Shown here piece by piece: positions 45,854 through 57,800 of a stretch of DNA of 64,000 nt. Made by a program: the position numbers and the translations under genes. Under the pieces are notes generated by a model, which searched no databases, was not told the DNA's origin, and saw nothing but the letters and a program-made list of their open reading frames with translations. The DNA comes from Ylistrum balloti (lineage: Eukaryota). The DNA lies in assembly GCF_031769215.1 (NCBI RefSeq), contig NW_026781911.1:558001-622000 (forward strand), in the 5' to 3' direction. Position 1 is the stretch's first letter. Each line of letters begins with the position of its first letter.

Positions 45854-46574
45854 AATTGCAGTGCGCTGGTTATGTTATTCAATAAGGACGTGACTTTTCA
45901 GGAGGAAAACATCAAACATCGGGGGACGTGTTTCGATGACAATTTCTATTCATAGTGTTTCCATGGACGACGCGGTTACTGTATCATCCGTTTTATATTG
46001 GTAATTTTATCTAATATAGTTTGGGATAAAGTTATACATCCATTGCTGAAATTAACAGAACATAAATATTGCCAGGATCAATTTCGGCGATTGGCTTTGA
46101 TGCTTTCCCGTCAAATCACTGGCTTCCTTATAATCCCTCTCCTATTCTGGTGAAAATATTGCCAATGTACGGTATTTGTAATAAACTTTGAAGGATAAAC
46201 TGAACTGGCGTTAAATGGCGATTTCGTTTTTTTCTTTTCTCTCTCCAGCGTTAAGATCGTTTGATATCTGATTTCCTTTTCCTTTCCTTGTTGGCAACGA
46301 CTGGTTTGTTTGTACACTAGTTCTTCACTAATCTACAGCGGCAAACGAAACTTCCTCTTCATCTCCTCCTTAGCACATATACGACTATAGCCTGCAAAAG
46401 CAAAGAACAATTGGAAATCACGAGTTCGAGCGACTTTGGTCAGATGAGACCTTCAGCTATCTTTCCAGGATTTGCACCAATATCCAAGTAAAAAAATGAA
46501 TAAAATGGTATTGGAATTTCCATCACTCGCGTGAATACTCATTTTTTTCAAATGTAAACCCCATTGGATTAGAT

Positions 46575-46800
46575 ACTGTTGTACTGTGGTGCAATTTTCG
46601 TGGATTATTTATGTTCGTTGAATTCGTAAGTATTCTTAATCTACGAATTCGGACACGTCCACGATCTTATACAAATAGAAGGATCTTAAGAGAGCGATAT
46701 TTATCCACGGAATCAATTGTCCACGAATCAGTAATTTTTGTTGTAAAAGCCAGTGATAAAATTTGGACCCCTCGAAAAGATATGATTTGGAGTATTAGAA
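46575..46800. mobile_element. Degenerate MITE-like remnant
   Basis: Begins TACTGT and contains inverted TTTTCGTGGA / TCCACGAA motifs typical of short non-autonomous DNA elements; the right terminus is not clear. Confidence 0.35.
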
Positions 46801-47598
46801 GGTAGAACCACGGACATTACTATAGATCTAAGTCTGGGGAAGAACAGAATAATGTAATTGTATAGATTGTTGTGTTAAATAGCATCAGGTACAGATCTAG
46901 GTTCGATTCCTGTCGGGGAATTGTGGTACTTGATGAGGTGTAGCCAACCTGAAAGCCTCCTTATATGATATCGAAACAATATTTATCAGTAATATATATA
47001 ATATCGTAGTGCCCTTTGGTTTGTTCCATCCAGATACGTCTCTGATGTATGTAATGAATACTTAATTAAAATCGAATACAGAACAGTGAAGCTGTTCAAA
47101 TTAAACATTTTATAGAACAAGAAATCTATCGTGAAGAACTAGGTACACATATGTATCTAAACATTCAACAGACTAGACAAACATGTGTGATTGAGGTATC
47201 TCTACCTAGAACATGTAGGCCTATTTATTTAAAGAGAGAGAGAGAGCAATATCTTAAAGTGGTATCAGTGATTTTCCTGTCGTCCGAGGTCAAATTATTT
47301 TGACGCACAGTCTGGTGCCCACCGTTCATGATGACGCGGCAGTGAAATATTTTTTACCTATATAAAATGCATGCATGCCCAAGTTCCCCCACTTTCCAAT
47401 CCCCTACTTTTAACGTCAGCTATAGCAAAATTGTCAGTCCACAGTGTATGCGGACACGATTGTCAACATGGCCACGTGATCATCTCCTAGGTACCCTCAT
47501 TTGCATAAAGTTGTTTAGTAATGGCGGACAGTGTGGCTGTGAACGATTGAAAGCATATAGCGAGTTTGTAAAATCAGCAAAGGATATTATTTGTCAAA

Positions 47599-50500
47599 AT
47601 GGCTGACACTGGGGGATACAACCTGGACCTTGACAACCAGAAACGCAATGTGTTCGTCACGCAACTCAACGAAAGGTAAGATCCATTCCATGTGTAATGT
47701 CGTGATTCCACTAGTGATAACAAGTGCGTGAATTATAGATGGAGTCTATTACAGGCCATCATGTTAAAGTTACTCGTCACGCACGGGAAGGCTTAGATGT
47801 TCCCTTGACATTACTGATACAGAGAGAATAGATTAAGGTGATACACGTTTGTTAAATTACATAGAAGTAATGGATACATACATGTATCAATAAATTCCTC
47901 ATTAATCACACAGATGACATATCAAAACACGAAAAAATGGTTTAGTTGCTGATTCAGTGGTATTAAATTGTAACCATCCGATAAACACTAACAACGGTAT
48001 ACAGCTCTGCTAGAGAGATCTCTTTAATTGACTGGGTGACAAATTAACCAGAGGCTCTGGGTTCGATCCCTAGTGGAGGAATTGAAGCAAATATTTTTGA
48101 TGACATTTGATACACAGGACAATGAGTAAATAACAGGACAGACATGTATGTCTATAACCATACAAATTGAAAATCCCAGAAAAATAAAGTTTAGTGGATA
48201 ATTTGTATTAATTTGTCAAAATCATTAGGAAAATAAAGAATAATACACTGTTTTCTCAATAGCAGATGTATTAAAGTGCACTCAATCTTTTTTATTGGTA
48301 CACATTAACATATGTCTTGAAATATATACTTTACTGTATTTTACTGTGCTAGCTCATAGAACGTATTGCATGGTATTTTATATATACACCAAATATGGTA
48401 TTTTAACTGCCATGATGCTGAACAGGCATTGATTAACTGTCATTTGATAACATTTGTCTCCAGGTGATTGTCTTTGTAATCAGTTTCATTAATAAAACCA
48501 GCATGATGAATATTACTGTGACTAATATGCTTGTAACTTTTTAATTGTTAGAACTCAGTTATCGACTTGTGTTTCTTGTTTTGAATTGATATATTGATAT
48601 ATTTCATGAGTTGGATTATACATGTTCTGTTATCATTCTATAATGCTGGATATGTATTAATATATACACAGAAAAGTAAGATAAGACTTTTGATATTAGC
48701 TAGAAAATGAAATGCAGCACAACTGTGATTGCAAACTTTAGTTATTCAATTAAAGAACCGTTTTGTGTGGTTGAGTAATTTTTCAGAATTACCAGGGACT
48801 TAGATCTAGATATTACAAGCTCATGTTAGGTGTCTTATTATCATATTTCCCTTTCCTAAATGAAGTTAAGAAAATATTTAATCCAAACAGATAAGACCAG
48901 TTGCTTGTTTTAACAGAAAAAAAGAGAGAAAAAGATTCAAGAGAAACAAATGTAACTGGATTTCATTGATATTACAGAGACGATGAGGACGAAATCACAG
49001 CGTTCCCCGTTGTCAAGGAGTCTGGTGACAAGCTCATTGAAACGGGGATCAACACACTTCAGAAAACGTTATTGCTCAAGAAACAGGTGGAGGTGGAAGC
49101 AGTTGACATTGAGCTGTACAAAAAACGACAAGAGTTCAAACGTAAAATGGAGCAGTGTGCACAGCGTCAGATTGACATCCAGAAGAGGCAGCAACAGGTT
49201 CGTTGACATTTGACAATACATAGATATAGGGACACATATATAGAGCCATGCTGATTTTTGGTTTGGCAGTTATCTTTCTTAGTGCTGAAGTATGTGGTGT
49301 AGTTCATTAATTTGGTACAGCAGTGAGATACTATTCTCCTGATGCATGGATTGGATATGAGAATAAGCAGCAATATTGAACATTTCAGCTCCTGCTCCTA
49401 AAAGGTGCTAAATGAAAATCTTGTTGTTTACATGTCAGGAAAATTTTTATCTCACCAATCCAACATAATGATAAATTAATTATGGTTTTTGCTCTACTTT
49501 TTAGTTATGCTACAATAAAATATGACACTAATGTTACAAATAAGGTAGTATGATGATTTTTCTTGTTAATGTACAACGAACAATTTTGATAAAGTTGAAA
49601 TTGGTGTACTGTAAAGCATCATCTGAAGATTTATTAAATTTGGTTGTTTCTATGTCTCCAGGGACAGGTGCTTAAATGATTATCAAAATGAGTAGTTGAT
49701 GATACTTGTACTTATATCAGGCAGGTCTGTTGGAATAATGTTGAATTGATATGTTTTAGAATTTCAGTCAACATAATTTCAGCATTTTCAACTAAAATAA
49801 ATTGTATTGGTGCATTTTAAAGTTAGTGGTTTAAACAAAGTTTCTGAATTGGAAGCAGCAGGGTTTGCCTGTTAAGGATTGAGTGATTGATGTGGGGAGG
49901 GGAAACTGGAGTAGGTGGAGAAAAATCCATGAGGAAGGAGATTGTATACCTTGTCAATTTCAATCAGGTAATCGAACCCAGGACTCCTAGATGAGGGGCA
50001 AGTGTATTATCACTGCATCACCTGATCTATTATAAACATGGATTTTTGAAATGACATCCTTTGATTATCAACTCTAAAATGTGACAAGGAAATCTTGTAC
50101 CACCAGAAAAGTGTAGGTTTTCTATATCTACATTATTAAACCAGCTTACAAAATATGGGTATGTTGTCTTTATCTGTTAATTGTCTAATAAGGTCGTTTT
50201 CTATATTTTTTCTAAGGGTATTTTTGCAAATAAAGGTCCTATAAATATAGGTATCTCTTAAATTAACATTACTTCAACTCAGTTAATATTGAAGTAATAT
50301 GTCTTTAATTTTTAATTTCCTTGTAAGGTAATTGAATTAATACCTTGAAGAACAGAATACCAGGTGGTGCTCTCCACCTTACTTCTATAGCTATTGTTTG
50401 TAAGGTATTATGTGACTGTCACCCTCACAATCAACATTTAATGTGTTAAAACACTCTGGCACAGTCCCAAACTATACTGACAGAGAACAAATAGTTAATT

Positions 50501-53500
50501 GAATGTCTAGATAATATTTGGTAGAAGTTGTACTTTTGTACATTTGACAGCAGTTAGTGGTTGTGTACTACCAGGTGTTTGTATAGAATTTACTGCAGGT
50601 TTAGTTTACTATATTGATGTCCTACTGAATTACAAAAGCTTTTGAATGTAGTGTTCATTTGAAAGAACTTCTTCATTACATATTTCAGAAGGTCTGCACG
50701 TATATTATACACATATTTTTAGTAGAAAGACACTACTATCTATTTAAGATTTCTGGATGTTTGAGGTTTCAAATGAAATATCCACATTTCTGATTTTGTT
50801 CAGTCTACTAGAATTGGATTGCTTAGTTTAAAACCATTAATAAAAATATTTGGCTTGTTAATTTTTCATCCTATGAACAAAGCGCATTATTTCTTTCTTT
50901 TGACAACGCCTCCTAAATATGCACACTGATTTCTATGAAACAATACAGGAACAAACAGGATAATATCTAGATGTGAATACAATCTTTTTAAAAAAAGTTT
51001 GGTTACCTTGGTAACTATACACAGGTTTTCAAATAAAATGCAGTTCATAATAACTTCTCAGTATGTTTTTCCAATGTATCTAACTCAAGCCGAATTTTGT
51101 AACTAAAATAGCCCATGATCTAATGATGAGATAAAGGTTTTTAAAAACCGTATCATGGAAATGCAACAAATTTGTGAACCAAGTTCAATTGCAAATGTAC
51201 ACAAATATGAAGGACCATTTCAGATTTTTAAAATTCACATTTGGGTAACTACATATTGCTAGCATGCATTAGATGTCGTATGTATCTCTAATTACTTTTC
51301 ATAAATATAAGGATTGGTAGACTTCATTTATATATGCATGTATACATGGAGGTGGGCGAGGCAAGGGTAGAGACAAGATGTGTCATCTTCAGAGATGACG
51401 CCTCGTTTGCTTGCTTGAAGGTATGCATGCAGGGTGTTTAACAAACAAGATATCTAGATGAGTAGGAGTCAATACCTACTAACCTGATCATATTGTATTA
51501 CATTATGTGTAATCAGAATTTGAGTTCTTACAATTTCTACTACCAAATCCTTTGGTAATGAGTTGCTCTGCTATACTTTGTACAATCAATTTTGTTGTAT
51601 TCATTTCAGATGAAAGATGAATTTACTAATTGTGAAAAATACATCAAAGACTATGATGCCAAGAGGAGGCGAGCTATACAGAAGTACCAGACAGAACTTA
51701 AACTCAAGGAACAGAAAACGAAGGAGCTAGAAATGTTACTACAACAAATGGAAGATCTAAAGAGAAGGTAAGGATCTAAAGGGGAGGTAAAGACCTAAAG
51801 AGGTCAGGATCTATAGAATTAAGGACATGAGGAGGTGAGGATCTATAGGGGAGGTAAAGAACTAAAGAGGTCAGGATCTATAGAATTAAGGACATGAGGA
51901 GGTGAGGATCTATAGGGGAGGTAAAGAACTAAAGAGGTCAGGATCTACAGAATTAAGGACATGAGGAGGTGAAGAACTAAACAGGAAGTAAGGGTCACAT
52001 AGGAGATAACTAAATAAGAGGGAAAGATCTTTAGTGGAGGTTAAAAGAGGAGGCAAGGATATTTAATGGAGGTAAAGGTCTAAAGAGAAGGTAAGGATCT
52101 ATAGGGGAGGTAAATAACTAAAGAGGATGTATTGTTTTAAAGTAAAGAGGAAGTAAGATCTGAAAAGGAAACAGTGGTTTCAAGAGGAGGTAGGGATTTG
52201 ATCAATAGAGGAGGATCTAAAGAGGAGACAAAGAGTTAAAGAGGAAGGAAGTTTCTTAAGTGGAAGAAAGGTCACGATTTATAAAAAATCTACGACCAGT
52301 GACAAGGTGAAATTCATCATTATCACTCATTGTGATTTTGTGAAAGGAGCAGGAAGTAGCGTATGAAAAAATAAACAAAAAACATACCACCAACAAGTAT
52401 AGTTTATATATTAATGATGATTGTGTTTTGATGTGAAGCATTATTCTGGTTTCAGGCAAAAACATTTAGAAAGATCTGTGATTAGATACAAGAAGTTTTC
52501 AGATTTCCTGATGAGGGTGATAGACATAATGCCTGAAGGTAAGTATACACTTTAGTTTACAGAGAGTCAAATCTTAAAATTTACCAACTTCACAATTATA
52601 CTTGGAATTGTAAGTTATCTTCAGCTAAAGCCTCTAAATCTATATATATATATACACTCAGGTATTAATGATATGATGTGATGAGTTACTTATCATTGAT
52701 TTGTTTGTAGATTATATTCCTACCACCGATGACAAGGTGAAAGGTCTTATGATGAGGCATCGGACATTGAGCGAGTCCAGTAAAGCTCTCATAGATAAGC
52801 TGGAGTCAGCTGGTGATGAGGTAGGTCACTATGGAAATATGTTCTCACCTGTAAAACTTCCTTTGAGGGGCTGGAGTCTGCTAGGTTTCCATGGTTACAG
52901 GGTAGTAAAGATCTCATAGATAGGCTGTTTTATGTTAGGTCACAACAAATAAGGATTGAACAGTTCACGTTGATAGGCTGGAATCTGCTTGGTTACCATA
53001 GATACAGGGTAGTACAGGTCTCTCTGATAGGCTGCAGTCTACTAGCTAGGCCACAATGGATACAAAATAGTAGAGATCTCAAAGATAGATCAGGTCGCTA
53101 TGGATAGGCAGGAGTCTGCTATGTCACCATAGATACTTGGCAGTACATATCTCAATGTTGTATTCTAGGTCACCACTTTTACACATTTTCCATAGTAAAG
53201 ATTATCATAGTGAAACTGAAGTGTGAGTGTTATGGTAGAGCTCTCTATGTTTTGTACATACTCATCAATGCTTCATAAATAAGTCTGTTATTCATTTTTA
53301 CAGATGAAAGAACTAAGACATGACTTGGATGAAATAAAGGGGGAGCACACAAACATGAAAATGTCAATCAACGGTCAATTGGCTCGATTACAACATGAAC
53401 ATGAACATAAAGAAGAAAGCAACAAGCAGAGTGAGCAACACTTCGCTGCTAACAAAGGAAATATGAGGTCAAAGGTGAGGTTCTTTTTCTCATATATTTG

Positions 53501-54194
53501 GAACTCTTTGTAAAATAAATTGAGTGTTCCCTTGCTTTATCTAGGCTCTCAACAGATTTGGTTCATATTTATCCTTTAGTATCATGATCAAGTTCTACAT
53601 CACATTCTGGCTTGCACAGGAGTAGGGGATATTCAAATCTTTCTAGTTACTTTCAATTGTTACTAGTTACACTGTTTTCAGTTACATATTTTGTAGTTAC
53701 AATGATATTCTTAGTCACAAAGACTTTCTTTTACAGCGAACAGAATTTGGAGTGATCATGATGGCTATAGACAACATCACAGAGAAGTGTCTAAAGGCCC
53801 TCGACACATCGGTGGAGGGCCTCACTTTGGAACAAAAACTCAAAAAAATTGGGGTAAGGTTTATAATCAAGAAATCTACTTGATAAAACTGAGACTTATT
53901 GGTAGAATGATTAAATCACAAACATATAAATGTGATATTGACAAAATACATAGCAAGTTACTCACCATTACAGAAAAGGAACTATATATTAGGTATAATT
54001 CTCATTGCAACCAGAATGTTTATATACTTGTAACCATGATATTTACACAGGATCATGTAGTGGAGCGGGAGGATGTTGCTCGTATGGCCATGCCCAGTGA
54101 CTCGACCACAGCGAAGGAGAGCAGCAGAGGCAACAGTGCAGATCTCCAAAAGTCAAAAGCCAAGAAAAAAGTTGTTGTAACTGGTCCATCATGA
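47599..54194 (+). CDS. DUF4200-family coiled-coil protein (CCDC42/CFAP73/CCDC197-like; 8 coding exons, ~359 aa)
   Basis: Exons 47599-47675, 48978-49197, 51610-51767, 52456-52538, 52711-52820, 53304-53474, 53737-53853 and 54051-54194 splice in frame (1080 nt). Sequence includes TLLLKKQVEVEAVDIELYKKRQEFKRKME...YIKDYDAKRRRAIQKY and YKKFSDFLMRVI. The exact orthologue is not resolved. Confidence 0.82.
49885..50022 (-). mobile_element. tRNA-derived SINE with a V-domain-like core (degenerate)
   Basis: Minus strand: GGTGATGCAGTGATAATACACTTGCCCCTCATCTAGGAGTCCTGGGTTCGATTACC (A/B boxes), then TGGATTTTTCTCCACCTACTCCAGTTTCCCCTCCCCACA, resembling the V-SINE core TGGGTTTYCTCCGGGTRCTCCGGTTTCCTCCCACA. Confidence 0.55.
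51768..52260. repeat. Purine-rich composite repeat (~67-bp higher-order unit built from ~17-nt subunits) directly after exon 3 of the DUF4200 gene
   Basis: GGATCTATAGGGGAGGTAAAGAACTAAAGAGGTCAGGATCTATAGAATTAAGGACATGAGGAGGTGA occurs about 3 times, then decays. Confidence 0.85.
52860..53200. repeat. Diverged repeat after exon 5 of the DUF4200 gene
   Basis: Recurrent ATAGGCTGGA(G/A)TCTGCT..G.T.CCAT.G.TACAGGGTAGTA.AG.TCTC. Confidence 0.7.
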
Positions 54195-54874
54195 TCAAAA
54201 TCAAGACTTATCTACCCATGTTAATGTAGTAATATTCCAGTTGTTATGTTGGCCAGAAGTCTTTGAATTAATTAGCAGAACATCAACAGAAAAGAGTACA
54301 TGTTAGATATATGAATTAGGAGACTGTAGGTATAACCTGTCCAATCTGACACCTTCCATATACAGCATTACTGTTACTGCTAATATCAGCTGTGTTCATG
54401 GTAAACAAATAAGCATGTTGGAAAAGTTATCTCATGGATCATAGTAATGGATTGTAAAGCTAGTTATATAATTGTGTCCTGTCAAAATCCTTTACAAAAG
54501 ATAATAGAGTTCTTATTCAAACAACGATTAGATTGTGTGTATAAAACATGTATATGTCTTGAATGTATACTGCCAGACTTTTCTGAACAGTCTGACCACA
54601 AAATTGCAACAACAGTTACTGTTAGTATCTAAGATGGAGTAAAAGAAAGCTGAATAGGTGTGAAAGGGAGAGTTAAAGATTGTGAGAAAGGAAATTGTGT
54701 ATTGTTGTTTCATCTTAGGTGAAAGAAAATGTATGGAAACTATTGCCATGTTACTACCCAAGATTTCTGATCTCCATTTCATTAAAAGCATTCTACATAA
54801 TGATGTGACACCCTTCAAATTTATATCTACAGAATAATCATTCCCACAATACAAGCATTACAAAATCATATTTT

Positions 54875-57800
54875 TCATCTGGTGTCACTTAAAATTGGAA
54901 ACCTAATTTACAATTATTATATATATATGGATGAACACAAATTTAGCAATCAAGTACCCGGTTCATCATGGTCAGGAAATCAATATAATTTAACTATGTT
55001 GCATATATAATTTGATGTAGGTGCAAGTTGTAGATGCCATGATATATTAAATCTCTGTGATTGAAATTAATTGTTTTCATGAAAAGATTTATAGTACCCA
55101 AGGGGAGGTAACTGTCCATCTGTGTTTCCATGTGGTTTCAGTGTTGAGTGACAAAATGTTTGTAGAAAATCTTACTTGGTCTGAAAAGCACCTTACATTT
55201 TGTGTGGATTGAGCTGAATTTTAATCTGCTTAACAAACATTTATCAAAATATAAAATTTATGGTTACAAAGTTATTGTTCTACTTGACATAGTGTGCATA
55301 TGTTTTACGTTTACAATTGTACACATACGGTAACTTTTCAATCTGGACAAAGGCTATTGTCACTACAGACAACACTGTTAACATTGATAATTTCTCACCT
55401 TTTTTTGTGGATATAATACCTTGAATTTTGCCATTGGTATCAAAACTAGAATTTGTAATTCCAGCCATGTTATAATTTTACTATTGATGAGCAGGAAGTA
55501 AAATCACATGCTGCAGATTTTTCTCATTTAAAATTTGTCAATTCAACATTTGCCGTGCAATCTTATGGTCAAAATAATAAGAAATATAGACTGGCAAGAA
55601 AAGCCTGTGATATTGTTGATCAGGTATACAATAATACCTTGAAAATAGAATGACAGAAAATGACTGTTTAATACTACAAAAACAAATCCTCTTTGCCTAT
55701 TACATGTTACATTTTGAAGAGCTTTTACAATATTAATCCAGCAGAAAATCATTAATTGATGTTGTTAAGGTTGATAGTGAGCATTTACCTTGCCAAACTG
55801 CCCTCAAAGGAACATTAATAGTTACCTCACCATGTGAACGAAATAAAACATCTTGTCAAATTCCAGTCTTTGTTATAATAACCCTATTTTGTTTTTATTA
55901 CCAAAATCTTAGATTTTCACATTTACCACACAATCTCCCTCTTATCTAGTGAATTCTCCCATTTAATATCTTATGTTATTAGCGTAATATACCTTGGAAC
56001 ATTTTTTCAGTGGCTGCACCAGTCAGAAATTGATTGTTATGTCATGATATGGACAATGATGTTACATTATGAAATGAAAATGATGCAACAAAATTGATTC
56101 CTCCTTTTGATTTTATCCGCCATATTTTGACTTTAAAACCTGACAAACTTTATTTATTCTGAGTTATTCAAATTTGTTTTCATACATCATTTTATGAAAC
56201 TTGTCTTCGAGTTTTGATTTTTGCTCACCAAGGCTCATAAAAATGAAAAAATAAAACCCAAAAGGACAGGGCTATTTCATAAAATCTCACGTAAAATAGA
56301 AAACCCCTTGTAACACACTTTTATATACATCAACACAACATATGTACCAGGGTATACACATTCCAACCAGGGACTAGGATGTATTTATTGCATCAAATAC
56401 ACTAAGGTCACATCTGCACTGACCGTTTTAGACATAACTTCTATGCTGACCATCTGAAATACTAGGTCACACTATTGCTGACCATCTAGGACTAAAGACC
56501 ACACCTGTACTAACCTTCTGGGACACTAGGTCACACCTGTACTGACCTTATGGAACACTCGGCCACACCTGTACTAACCATCTGGGACACTAGGTCACAC
56601 CTGTACTAACCGTCTGGGACACTAGGTCACACCTGTACTAATTTGGGACACTAGGTCACACCTGTACTGACCTTATGGAGCACTCGGCCACACCTGTACT
56701 AACTGTCTGGGACACTAGGTCACACCTGTACTGACCCTATGGAACACTGCCACACCTGTACTAGCCGTCTGGGACAAGAGGTCACACCTGTACTGACCTT
56801 ATGGAACACTATGCCACACCTGTACTAACTGACTGGGACGCTAGGTCACACCTGTACTGACCTTATGGAACACTCGGCCACACCTGTACTAATTTGGGAC
56901 ACTAGGTCACACCTGTACTAACCATCTGGGACACTAGGTCACACCTGTACTAACCGTCTGGGACACTAGGTCACACCTGTACTGACCTTATGGAACACTA
57001 TGCCACACCTGTACTAACTGACTGGGACACTAGGTCACACCTGTACTAACCGTCTGGGACACTAGGTCACACCTGTACTAATTTGGGACACTAGGTCACA
57101 CCTGTACTGACCTTATGGAACACTCCGCCACACCTGTACTCACTGTGTGGGACAAGAGGTCACACCTGTACTGACCTTATAGAACACTCGGCCACACCTG
57201 TACTTACCGTCTGGGACACTAGGTCACACCTGTACTAACCGTCTGGGACAAGATGTCACCTATATCTGCACTGACTTTCTTGGTCACTAGGTCAAACCTG
57301 TACCGATCATCTTGGACAATATGTTACGCCTAAACCGATTATCTGGTACACAAGGTCATACCCAAATTGACCATCTTGGACTCTAAATCACACTTGTACT
57401 GACCCCCCTGAGGCACTAAGTCACACCTGTATTGACCATCTAGGACACTGGGCCTCACCTGCACTGATTATCATGGCTACATGGTCGCATCTGAACTGAT
57501 TATCTGGACACAGGGTCACACCCAAGTTGACCAACTAGGACTTAAGTCACACTTACACCGACCCCTTGGGCATTAGTTAAAACCTGTATTAAACATGTGG
57601 AAAATAAGATTAAACCTGTACTGACTACCTAAGACAGCCAAACCTGTACTGATTTTGGATGGTTTTACTATCTGGGACACTACATCATATCTGTGCTGTA
57701 CCTCTGAATTACAAGCTCACACCTATACTGACTATTTGAAAAACTTTTTACAGATGCAACGATTATCTGGAACAATATTGATTTGTGAGTGACGGGCAAA

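Larger units (their letters stand above)
41815..45914 (+). repeat. Tandem segmental duplication, two units of ~2.03 and ~2.07 kb
   Basis: Both units start CATCACTGCAAACAATCATCG (41815, 43847), and each contains the upstream region plus a complete GPCR CDS. CATCA recurs at 45910 where the similarity ends. Confidence 0.93.
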
